Assembly: GCA_017694885.1 (NCBI GenBank)
Contig: JADIMH010000007.1
Span: 244 to 64,243, forward strand
Direction: 5' to 3'
Origin: Candidatus Cryptobacteroides faecipullorum
GTDB taxonomy: Bacteria > Bacteroidota > Bacteroidia > Bacteroidales > UBA932
Length of the DNA stretch: 64,000 bases
Shown here: positions 6,361 to 14,971 of the stretch, piece by piece
Position numbering within the stretch: the first letter of the stretch is position 1
How the letters are laid out: each line of letters begins with the position of its first letter
The notes under the pieces: generated by a model
The model's database searches: none
The model's input: only the letters and a program-made list of their open reading frames with translations
What the model was told of the DNA's origin: nothing
Made by a program: the position numbers and the translations under genes

Positions 6361-7638
6361 ATGATTGAGGAAAGAATAATCCTGCAAGTCCTTGCAGAAC
6401 AAAGAGATGAAGTCGCCGGTTATAATCCTGCCGGGTGGGTGTCCCGTCGGGAGGAATCTATGTTCGAGTTCGACAGCACGATGGCCCAGGTCGTCATTGG
6501 CGTCCGACGCAGCGGCAAATCAACCATCTGCCACAAAGTCCTGCTGGAGCACGGTATCCGGTATGGTTATGTCAACCTTGACGATGACCGCCTGCTGGGT
6601 ATGGAAGCGAAAGACCTGAATACCGTTCTCTCTTGTATATACCAGCTCTATGGAACTGATGTCCCCTACCTTTTCCTGGACGAGATTCAGGATGTGGACG
6701 GCTGGCATCTGTTCGTAAACAGGCTCCTTCGGAGCAAGATGCGAATCTTCGTGACGGGCAGCAATGCCAAACTGCTCAGCAGCGAACTGGCCACCCATCT
6801 GACCGGACGCTACAACGAGATCCGTCTCTATCCTTTCTCATTCTCCGAGTACTGCGCATATCATCAGGTTGACACTTCTGGCATCACCACCAAGGCCGAT
6901 GCCGCCCGCAAGAGCGCTTTCATGGACTACATCGTCACAGGAGGATTCCCCGAACTCCAGAGCCTGCGGAACAAACGTGGCTACATCGAGAGCCTTATCG
7001 GCGCCATTCTGGAGAAAGACATAAAACGTCGCTTCAAGATCCGCAATATGGACGCACTGCGGAAAATCGCAAATCACCTGATAAACAACACCTGCCAAGA
7101 GGTCAATTACGACGATATGTCTAAGATCCTCGGGATAAGCGACAAGACCTGCAAGAAATATACAGACTACCTCCGCCAGGCATTCCTCATACAAATACTG
7201 TCAAAGCATTCTTTCAAGAGCAAGAACAGGATTCGCAGTCCGAAGGCTTATATCGTCGACCCCGGATTCCAAAACAATCGGGAAAACTCGATGGCCGGAG
7301 AGAATATCGGCTGGCGGCTTGAGAACGTAGTGTACATCGAACTGCTGCGCCGCTGTGCATACGATTTCCGGGACGTCTATTACTACAAGGCCAATCCGCG
7401 AGCCAAAGAGGTCGACTTCGTTGTCTGCGACAAGGACCGGGCACTTGAGCTGATCCAGGTCGCCTACGAGATCGATACACCTAAGTCTTATAATCGCGAG
7501 ACCTCTGCACTTATTCAAGCGGCAGGTCCGCTTCACTGCGACAATCTGACGTTGATTGCCTTCTCCCCTACCCGGGATGTCGAAATCGATGGCAAGACCA
7601 TTCACATCGTATCGGCAATTGAGTGGCTCTTGGCTTAA
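6361..7638 (+). CDS. AAA-family ATPase of the AAA_14/DUF4143 type
   Basis: It has Walker A 'GVRRSGKST' and Walker B 'LFLDEIQD'. The C-terminal region 'EVDFVV...LIQVAYEI' resembles the nuclease-fold tail of this family. The start is set at 6361 because 6196-6231 is a terminator. Confidence 0.75.
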   Translation: MIEERIILQVLAEQRDEVAGYNPAGWVSRREESMFEFDSTMAQVVIGVRRSGKSTICHKVLLEHGIRYGYVNLDDDRLLGMEAKDLNTVLSCIYQLYGTDVPYLFLDEIQDVDGWHLFVNRLLRSKMRIFVTGSNAKLLSSELATHLTGRYNEIRLYPFSFSEYCAYHQVDTSGITTKADAARKSAFMDYIVTGGFPELQSLRNKRGYIESLIGAILEKDIKRRFKIRNMDALRKIANHLINNTCQEVNYDDMSKILGISDKTCKKYTDYLRQAFLIQILSKHSFKSKNRIRSPKAYIVDPGFQNNRENSMAGENIGWRLENVVYIELLRRCAYDFRDVYYYKANPRAKEVDFVVCDKDRALELIQVAYEIDTPKSYNRETSALIQAAGPLHCDNLTLIAFSPTRDVEIDGKTIHIVSAIEWLLA

Positions 7639-7664
7639 TGAATCTGCAAGATTGAATGATGAGA

Positions 7665-7760
7665 TTCGGGGACGGTCCTTCAACTTTTTTGTCCCCCATC
7701 CTCAAAATCCCTGCAAAAAAGTTGGTCCCTCCAAAATTTCGGGGACAGCAGGGGGACAAA
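7665..7760. repeat. Cluster of overlapping inverted and direct repeats (possible structured RNA or element end)
   Basis: CAACTTTTTTG (7681-7691) pairs with CAAAAAAGTTG (7714-7724). TTTGTCCCCC (7688-7697) pairs with GGGGGACAAA (7751-7760). TTCGGGGAC is repeated directly at 7665 and 7738. Confidence 0.7.
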
Positions 7761-7804
7761 GATGAAAAGGTTAAAATGATAAAGTATTTATTTACAATAA
7801 GTTA

Positions 7805-7984
7805 CTAAATTCCAATATTTCCTATATCGGAAAATATAAGGTCTACAGATTCCGACATGATGAAAGTGACCGCTTTGCCAAGATCATTGAACGAACCGGC
7901 AAGTTCGAGGAAAGGCACTTTCGCGATATAGCTGCAGACCAGATCTACTGCCGGCTTTTCGTCATCAATAAAAATACAACGCAT
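7805..7984 (-). pseudogene. Truncated LytTR-type response regulator (first about 54 residues of the receiver domain only)
   Basis: Hand translation gives 'MRCIFIDDEKPAVDLVCSYIAKVPFLELAGSFNDLGKAVTFIMSESVDLIFSDIGNIGI*'. This aligns to the N-terminus of the intact regulator at 8634-9365 and stops just after the acceptor-Asp region. Confidence 0.7.
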
Positions 7985-7996
7985 AACTGATTGAAT

Positions 7997-8589
7997 TTAC
8001 ATTGTTTCAATTTCCAGGTATGAATAGTATTTTTCATTGTCCGTCACACCATACTGATCCGTATCGTCCGGAAGCCGTTCTCCTGCGAGGTCGATATAGT
8101 TGCGGATAAAAGACACTTCTTCCCTAAAATATACCTCAGGCCTGTCACTGCGGTACAACGCATACCTGAGCAACTCGCACAAACTGTCGAGGGAGCGTCT
8201 TGCATGGTCGGAATCGGAACCGATAAAAGAATATATGTTATTCAGCGCATTGAACAGGAAATGAGGATTCAGCTGGTTCTTCAGATTCTGCAGTTCTATT
8301 CTGACATGGCTGTGCTCCTGTTCCTTTCTCCTCTTTTCATTTTCATACCATCTTCTGATTATCCTGAAAACTATTGCGGTCCCTATGGCACATACGTACA
8401 GCAAGGTGTTTACGAACAGGAAATGGAACGGTCTGAATCCGATGCCGCCGAATTCCGGCACGGGAGGCGCTATGGAATCAGGTACCGGCGGAGCAGCAGG
8501 ATATAATCAGTGAATTTCTCAATGCGTACGCCCGAGGTATAAGCCAGATATGGAAGACACAGTATGATTATCCATACGAGCACATTCAC
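7997..8589 (-). pseudogene. Decayed LytS/YehU-type sensor histidine kinase (frameshifted, lacks the HATPase domain)
   Basis: ORF 7997-8461 has the His-kinase block 'LQNLKNQLNPHFLFNALNNIYSF' but ends before any 'ENAFKHG' ATPase motif. An out-of-frame fragment (8470-8589, 'VLVWIIILCLPYL...') matches the N-terminal TM of the intact kinase. Confidence 0.65.
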
Positions 8590-8633
8590 TACGGCAGTAC
8601 TTTCCCTATGTTTTCTGTCGGTTCCGCCTTTCA

Positions 8634-9365
8634 TCACATCATGCATTTCCCTACCATTTTCTGCAGAGTTTCCTTGTATGTGTCCCCTATCGGGATATTC
8701 GCGTTTTCCAGCATTATCCGGCCCCGGTCGATGGATCTTATCTTGGAAATATTGACTATGAACGACCGATGGACCCTCAAGAACCTGTCCCGAGGCAGCA
8801 TACCTTCAAGATCCCTCATATTCATGAGTGAAAGTACGGGTGCCCCGGAAGATTCAATATAGAACTTGACATAATCCTTGAGACCTTCGACATAAAGCAG
8901 GCCGTCGAACGGAATACGGACCAGCCGGTATTCGCTTTTCACATATACTCCGGAGTTGTCCCGTACCGTACCTGCCGCATTATTGCTTCCGGCAGCCTTC
9001 CTGGCTATGCTGAACCATTCGATGGCCTTGCCGACACACCGCATGAATTCCTGATATGAAACCGGTTTGAGAAGGTAATCGAGTGCATTGACCTTATATC
9101 CTTCTATGGCATACTGGCCGAATGCCGTCGTAAATACTACACGTGTCGAAGCCGGTATCATTTTAGACAGTTCCATGCCGTCAAGTTCCGGCATCTGTAT
9201 ATCAAGGAAAAGCAGGTCCACAGGATTTTCCTTAAGGCCGGCGAGCGCTTCGACAGCATTGCGGTACCTGCCCTCCAGTTCAAGAGAAGGGGTCTTCTTC
9301 ACATAGCTTTCCAGAAGGTCCAGAGCCAAAGGCTCGTCATCCGTTATGGCGCATTTCAGTATCAT
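8634..9365 (-). CDS. LytTR-family two-component response regulator
   Basis: The receiver carries 'LLFLDIQMPELDG'. The C-terminal LytTR DNA-binding domain carries 'FLRVHRSFIVN'. Confidence 0.9.
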   Translation of the reverse strand: MILKCAITDDEPLALDLLESYVKKTPSLELEGRYRNAVEALAGLKENPVDLLFLDIQMPELDGMELSKMIPASTRVVFTTAFGQYAIEGYKVNALDYLLKPVSYQEFMRCVGKAIEWFSIARKAAGSNNAAGTVRDNSGVYVKSEYRLVRIPFDGLLYVEGLKDYVKFYIESSGAPVLSLMNMRDLEGMLPRDRFLRVHRSFIVNISKIRSIDRGRIMLENANIPIGDTYKETLQKMVGKCMM

Positions 9366-9389
9366 CTGTCTGCACGGTTTAAAAACATT

Positions 9390-10445
9390 TCACTTCTTTT
9401 TTATAATCAGCAAAGACCGGTATACCGTCCCTGAGCTGTCCGGGCCGAAGGTCCACTCGTATTTTCCGGGATAAAGCAGTTCCAGTCTTCTGGAAAGAGA
9501 ATCCAGACCTATGCCGGAGCCGCTTTTATCCGAGCTGGATTTCGGATGGCAGCTATTGATTATATCGCAACGTATTTCTTCTTCATTCTCGCCAAGCCTT
9601 ATCCTGACAAAACTCTTTCCGGAAGAGGATATCCCGTGTTTGAAGGCATTCTCTATCAAAGAAATGAACAGCATCGGAGCTATTTCAGTCCGGCTGTCTT
9701 CAGATATGCCGATACTTGTTTCAAGGCTGACATCCCGGGTCAGGCGGATTCTCATCAGTTCGATATAGTTCCGAATAAAAGCCACCTCTCTTCCCAAAAG
9801 AACCTTCTCATGCTGGTTGTCATACAGGACATATCGCAGAAGACGGCTCAGTTCCGACACCGCAGACTGCGCTTTATCCGGATCGAAAGCTATAAGTGCG
9901 TAAATATTGTTCAGGGTGTTGAGCAGGAAATGCGGATTCAGCTGGTTCCTCAGATTCTTGAGTTCCGCTTCCGTCTTCCCCCGTTCCGCCTCTTTTCTCG
10001 CATTTTCCGTCTTCAGCCACCTACGCCCGAACTGGACGGAAACAGCTACTCCAATCACAAGCGCCAGTGAAGACACATCCCTGAAGAAAAACAATATTCC
10101 GGGATTAAGCCTGAAACGGGGCAAATCACGCAGCGGTTCAGGCGGCGCAAGACACAAATGCAATGCCTGCATCAGAACGCCGGAAAAAACGATAAGCGCC
10201 AGATTCAGCAGCACCCAGGCCATAGTCTTTTCCCTGAAAAGCAGTTTAGGGATAAAAATACAATAGTTCAGATAAAAGACAATACAGAAAAACAGGGGTA
10301 CTATACTGTGATGCAGTATCCTCGGCCAGTCTATTCCGGAAGACTCGTTGGTCACCAGAAGAAGCGGGAAACCGAAAAACAAGACCCACACCAGTATGTG
10401 GATCATCGGTTCAATGAAGCGTATGCCGTTTTTCTGCTGTTCCAT
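9390..10445 (-). CDS. Sensor histidine kinase (LytS/YehU-type His_kinase plus HATPase_c)
   Basis: It has N-terminal TM helices, 'LKNLRNQLNPHFLLNTLNNIYALI', 'LIENAFKHG' and 'GSGIGL'. Confidence 0.88.
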   Translation of the reverse strand: MEQQKNGIRFIEPMIHILVWVLFFGFPLLLVTNESSGIDWPRILHHSIVPLFFCIVFYLNYCIFIPKLLFREKTMAWVLLNLALIVFSGVLMQALHLCLAPPEPLRDLPRFRLNPGILFFFRDVSSLALVIGVAVSVQFGRRWLKTENARKEAERGKTEAELKNLRNQLNPHFLLNTLNNIYALIAFDPDKAQSAVSELSRLLRYVLYDNQHEKVLLGREVAFIRNYIELMRIRLTRDVSLETSIGISEDSRTEIAPMLFISLIENAFKHGISSSGKSFVRIRLGENEEEIRCDIINSCHPKSSSDKSGSGIGLDSLSRRLELLYPGKYEWTFGPDSSGTVYRSLLIIKKK

Positions 10446-10513
10446 ATGACATTATCATTATTATCCTTTAAAGATACTGAATTTTGCAGAGACTTCCGCT
10501 TCCGCAATGCATC

Positions 10514-11734
10514 CTATTCGTACCGCAGCGCGTCTATAGGATCGAGGCCGGAAGCTTTTTTTGCAGGATACCATCCGAAAAAGACTCCTGTCAGCGTACA
10601 TACCGCAAATGACAGTATCACGCTCCATGTCTGGATATACACAGGCCAATGGGCTATCCATTTTACAGCGAAGCTGGCCCCGCATCCGACTATGACTCCT
10701 ATAAGGCCGCCCGTTATGCTGATCAGGACTGACTCTATCAGGAACTGGTTCAGAATATCCATTCCCCTTGCGCCTACAGACATACGAAGCCCGATCTCCT
10801 TGGTACGTTCCGTCACCGATACATACATTATATTCATTATCCCTATGCCGCCGACTACCAGAGAAATTCCGGCAATGCAGGCAAGAAGGGTCGTCATCAG
10901 ATCGGTTGTCGTATTGAGCATTTTGCTGAGTTCCTGCGTGCTTCGGATTTCAAAATCGTCCGGATCCGTATCTTTCAGCTTATGTTCCCGCCGGAGGATA
11001 CGGGCAATCTCATCAGAAGCACGGTCAGTCATGTCTTCGCTGAGGGCAGAAGCGAAAATCCCTTCAAGATATGTTACCGCAAGAAGACGTTTCATTACAG
11101 TCGTATATGGGGCAAGGACAATGTCGTCCTGGTCCATACCCATGGAATTGTATCCTTTGGACTCCAGAATGCCTATGATTTTGAACGGGACCTGATTGAA
11201 ACGTATCGTCCTTCCGAGAGGATTGCTTCCGTCCGGGAAAAGATTGTCCGCTATGGTCCTGCCTATCACGCAGACTTTCGCAGACGAATGTATGTCCGCT
11301 TCAGTGAACATTACACCGTCCTCCACTTTAAGCTGCCTTATATCCAGGTATCCGGTGCCTACTCCCGATATGGATGAGGGATAGTTGTTATTTCCGCTGA
11401 TAAGCTGTCCTGAAGATGAGACATTGGGACTTATTTCCGACAGACAGACACATTCATCCCGGAGAGTTTCGAAATTCTCAACCTTGAGAGTCTGCATCTC
11501 GGAAGGATCCATCCGCACGCCGCCCCGGCGTTCACCTCCGGGATAGACCATGATGATATTGGAACCCATCTCTGAAATCTGGTCGCTTATGCTTTTCTTC
11601 GATCCCTGGCCTATGGCTATCATTGTGATGACGGAAGCTACGCCTATGATTATGCCCAGCATGGTAAGGAATGCCCGCATCTTGTTGTTGGCCAGAGCCC
11701 TGAAAGCTATTTTAAAAAGGTTTGAGATATTCAT
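10514..11734 (-). CDS. ABC transporter permease, MacB/FtsX type
   Basis: The 406-aa product has an N-terminal TM, a large periplasmic domain and a C-terminal FtsX-like 3-TM bundle. It lies downstream of the matching ATPase. Confidence 0.85.
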   Translation of the reverse strand: MNISNLFKIAFRALANNKMRAFLTMLGIIIGVASVITMIAIGQGSKKSISDQISEMGSNIIMVYPGGERRGGVRMDPSEMQTLKVENFETLRDECVCLSEISPNVSSSGQLISGNNNYPSSISGVGTGYLDIRQLKVEDGVMFTEADIHSSAKVCVIGRTIADNLFPDGSNPLGRTIRFNQVPFKIIGILESKGYNSMGMDQDDIVLAPYTTVMKRLLAVTYLEGIFASALSEDMTDRASDEIARILRREHKLKDTDPDDFEIRSTQELSKMLNTTTDLMTTLLACIAGISLVVGGIGIMNIMYVSVTERTKEIGLRMSVGARGMDILNQFLIESVLISITGGLIGVIVGCGASFAVKWIAHWPVYIQTWSVILSFAVCTLTGVFFGWYPAKKASGLDPIDALRYE

Positions 11735-11777
11735 GTCTTTCCATTTATAACATTTGCTTCACTCCGAATGACCGGAA

Positions 11778-12533
11778 TCAGTCATCGTCATTTACCGGAA
11801 GGGAGGACAATGCCTCCGCGGCGGAAAGTATGCCGGAATTGACCTTATCCTCGATTATATGTCCGTCGCTCAGGCGGATGTTCCTGCTGCTGTACTGCGC
11901 TATTTCCGGATTGTGGGTAACAAAAATTATTGTCCGCCCTTCAGCATGAAGTCTCTGGAAGAGGACCAGAATCTCGAAAGATGTCCTCGTATCCAGATTT
12001 CCCGTAGCCTCGTCCGCCAGAATGACAGCAGGATCGTTGACCAAAGCCCGCGCAATGGCCACCCTCTGCATCTGTCCTCCGGACATCTGGTTGGAACGGT
12101 GCCCGAGCCTGTCGCCGAGACCGACCGCCAACAATGCGTCAGTCGCCCTTTTCCGGCGTTCCGCGGAGGAAACCTTGCTATTATACATAAGAGGCAGTTC
12201 AACGTTCTCTACCGCCGTAGTCTTCGGCAGAAGGTTATAGTTCTGGAATACAAAGCCAATCTTGCGGTTGCGCAGACGGGCCCGCTGGGACTTGCTCATA
12301 GTCCTGACAGGAATGCCGTCCAGAAGATATTCCCCGGAAGTAGGCGTATCCAGACAGCCGAGGATATTGAGCAAAGTGGATTTTCCGGATCCCGAAGTTC
12401 CCATGATGGTAACGAACTCTCCTTCTTCTATAGTGAATGATACTCCCCTAAGAGCATGGACAGTCTCATCCCCTACATGAAAATTCCTCCTGATATCCTG
12501 CAGTTCTATTACTTTCTTTTTTTCCATATCCAT
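11778..12533 (-). CDS. ABC transporter ATP-binding protein (MacB/LolD-like)
   Basis: It has Walker A 'GTSGSGKST', signature 'LSGGQMQR' and Walker B 'ILADE'. The start is set at 'MDMEKKK' to avoid overlap with the adaptor gene. Confidence 0.88.
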   Translation of the reverse strand: MDMEKKKVIELQDIRRNFHVGDETVHALRGVSFTIEEGEFVTIMGTSGSGKSTLLNILGCLDTPTSGEYLLDGIPVRTMSKSQRARLRNRKIGFVFQNYNLLPKTTAVENVELPLMYNSKVSSAERRKRATDALLAVGLGDRLGHRSNQMSGGQMQRVAIARALVNDPAVILADEATGNLDTRTSFEILVLFQRLHAEGRTIIFVTHNPEIAQYSSRNIRLSDGHIIEDKVNSGILSAAEALSSLPVNDDD

Positions 12534-12540
12534 GCTACGG

Positions 12541-13770
12541 TCATTTTTTCCCTTTCTGGTCTTTACCGTCCCGTCCCGGAGGCCCGGGCATAAACGGACT
12601 GCGTTCATCCGGTGAAGTTTTCTTGCCTTTTGCCGGCATTATGAACTCTACGCCCGTAACTATTTCCTCGCCTTCTTCTATTCCGCCGAGAATCTCGGTC
12701 AATACACCGTTGGTAATTCCTGTGGTCACGGCATGGGCAGTAAACGTATCGCCGGAGCGGGTCCACGCCTTGCTTTTCGCATCACAGTCCACTATGACTG
12801 CATTTTCATTTGAAAGCAATGCTTCGGGAGTGAACCTCAATGCTTTGGCCGGGACACTCAGGACATCCGGACGGTCTACCGTATAGATTGAGATATTGGC
12901 GGTCAGCCGTGGCTTTAGCTTGAGCTCCGGATTATCGGCAGATATCACCACTTCGTAGGTAACCACGCTCTCGCTGGAAGAAGTGCCCGAAGACGAACTC
13001 TCCGAACTTCCTAAGCGTATCTATGTCACCTTACCTTCAAAGATATCGTCAGGATAGGCATCAACCGTAAAAGAGACCCTCTGTCCGTCAGCGACTCCTC
13101 CGATATCGGCTTCATCTACATCGGCCACCACCTGCATCTGCGTAAGGTCCGCCGCAATAGTAAAAAGCGTAGGGGTCTCAAAGCCTGCAGCTACTGTCTG
13201 GCCTTCTTCTACGGCACGGTCTATGACCACTCCGTCAATCGGTGAAGCGATAGTGGCATATGAAAGGTTCCGCTCCGCTTTCGCAAGAGAAGCTTCGCTT
13301 CCGTGAAAAGAACTCCTGGCCATTTCATAGTTATAAACCGACTGTTCGTAATCAGTATCGCTTATGAGATTCCTTTCATAAAGTTTCCTGTTCCTCTCAT
13401 AGTTCTTCGTCTGGTACTCGTACTCGGCCTTGCTCCCGTCATATGCAGCCCGGGCAGAAGCAAGTTCGCTCTCAAGGGTGACCTTATCCATCTCTGCAAT
13501 GATCTGGCCTTCCCTTACTATTGAATTATAATCGACATATATCCTGTCTATTATACCTGACACCTGTGTACCTACTTCTACTTCGGTCACTGGCTCGATC
13601 GTACCTGTAGCCGTTACAGTGCTGGAAATATCGCTTCTGGTGACTGTAACCGTTTCGTATGAAAGCCGCGGGGCCCCGGCCGCCTTGCCTTTCAGATAGA
13701 TCGCCAGCACGGCTGCCGCCACTATCAAGGCCATTATAGACCAGATGATGGATTTCGTTTTCTTTTTCAT
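12541..13770 (-). pseudogene. MacA/HlyD-type periplasmic adaptor subunit interrupted by an in-frame TAG (13021-13023)
   Basis: ORFs 13021-13770 and 12541-12966 are in the same frame. The reading is '...DAYPDDIFEGKVT*IRLGSSESS...VVTYEVVISADNPELKLKPRLTANISIY' with no other stop. It has an N-terminal signal anchor and a coiled-coil hairpin. Confidence 0.75.
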
Positions 13771-13813
13771 ATCCGCTCTTTAGTTTTTGTTTTCCATATT
13801 GTAGATGCGCCAG

Positions 13814-14848
13814 TTAAAGCCACAGTTTTTCTCCGGCATAAAAACGGAGCAGCGTCTTGCTGAGAACAGCCATGTATTTGGACTGCAGAAGCTGCTGCTG
13901 TGCATTCAGAAGATTGTTCTTTTCCGTAAGGAGCTCGACCGTATTTTTCATTCCCAGGCCAAACTGCTCGCTCACCAGTTCAAAACTTGTCGTGGCACTC
14001 TCGAGCTGCTCTTTTGCCGCCAGATACTGCGCCATAGAATTGCCGGCATCAAGATAATAGTTCTCAATCGTCTTGTAAAGGTCTTTATATGCCTGTTTAA
14101 GATCCAGTTCGCTTGTCCGGTACTGGAGTCTGGCTTTTTCTATGGAACTTCTGTTCTGTCTATTACTGAATATCGGTACGCTGAGCGTGAGTCCGATGGA
14201 ATTGTTCCATCCGTTCCTGATCTGTTGTGTGAAAGTAAAATCAGTACCTGTAGTGTGATTCGTCCCGATCCCGGCACTGAGGTTAAGGCTTGGAAGTGCA
14301 CCTGCCTTCGCAATACCGATATTCAGTTCAGACATTTCCATATTGAGTCTGCCGCTTTCGATTTCAGGTCTTGTCTCAATGGCAGCATTGAAGACCGTAT
14401 TCTTGTCAGGGACAAGGGACAGGACATTTTCATCCGTTATCTCGGGAAGCTCCAGTTCCATTTCTGTATCCTGATCAAGTTCAAGAAGCTGTTTCAGCTG
14501 CAGCTTATAGTCCTGCAGCGTGGCTTCGGATGTCACCAGCTGGTATTTGTCGCTGCTTACCTGAGCCTGCAGCTGGGCATAATCGGCCTTGGACAGACTG
14601 CCTGCTTCCAGCAGCTGTTTGCCTCTCTCGCTCTGTGCGATGCTCACCTCGAGGGTATTCCTGTTCACTTTTACCGATTCGGCGGCAATCCTGCTCTGTT
14701 GCAGGGTAATGTTGTTTTCCAGAGCATAATCCAGACAATCCTGAAGAGACCACTTCTCCGGACGGATCTCCTGAGCTTCGACGGGAGGCGCTGCCACCAG
14801 GACGGCCACGGCTGCAAGTGTATGGAAAAGATATTGTAACCTATTCAT
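13814..14848 (-). CDS. TolC-family outer membrane efflux protein, unusually short (344 aa)
   Basis: It has signal peptide 'AAVAVLVAAPPVEAQE' and a TolC N-terminal block 'SLQDCLDYALENNITL'. The second repeat carries 'ALPSLNLSAGIG...SIGLTLSVPIFS', but the first repeat lacks the equivalent beta segment. Confidence 0.75.
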   Translation of the reverse strand: MNRLQYLFHTLAAVAVLVAAPPVEAQEIRPEKWSLQDCLDYALENNITLQQSRIAAESVKVNRNTLEVSIAQSERGKQLLEAGSLSKADYAQLQAQVSSDKYQLVTSEATLQDYKLQLKQLLELDQDTEMELELPEITDENVLSLVPDKNTVFNAAIETRPEIESGRLNMEMSELNIGIAKAGALPSLNLSAGIGTNHTTGTDFTFTQQIRNGWNNSIGLTLSVPIFSNRQNRSSIEKARLQYRTSELDLKQAYKDLYKTIENYYLDAGNSMAQYLAAKEQLESATTSFELVSEQFGLGMKNTVELLTEKNNLLNAQQQLLQSKYMAVLSKTLLRFYAGEKLWL

Positions 14849-14971
14849 TATAATACTGTTTCTGACATGACGAAATTACAGATGCGCTTCTGCATTCAAA
14901 AACTTATTAGACGGACAGGCCGATTATGACGACCAAATTCAAAATTTCTTATTATCTTTATATGTTTTGTC

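Noticed and set aside
7640-7800. I searched for a tRNA, tmRNA fragment or att site at the edges of the 2.2-7.8 kb segment.
   Set aside because: No cloverleaf-compatible sequence or T-loop-like GTTCRANYC motif was found in any intergenic region of the window. The inverted repeats at 7665-7760 do not fold as a tRNA.
13805-14839. A 344-aa plus-strand ORF mirrors the 344-aa TolC gene codon-for-codon on the opposite strand.
   Set aside because: It lies in the exactly antisense codon register, where stops arise only from TTA, CTA or TCA sense codons, which this genome evidently avoids. Its product is a low-complexity, Leu/Phe/Cys-rich sequence with no motif. The minus-strand product has a signal peptide and TolC blocks.
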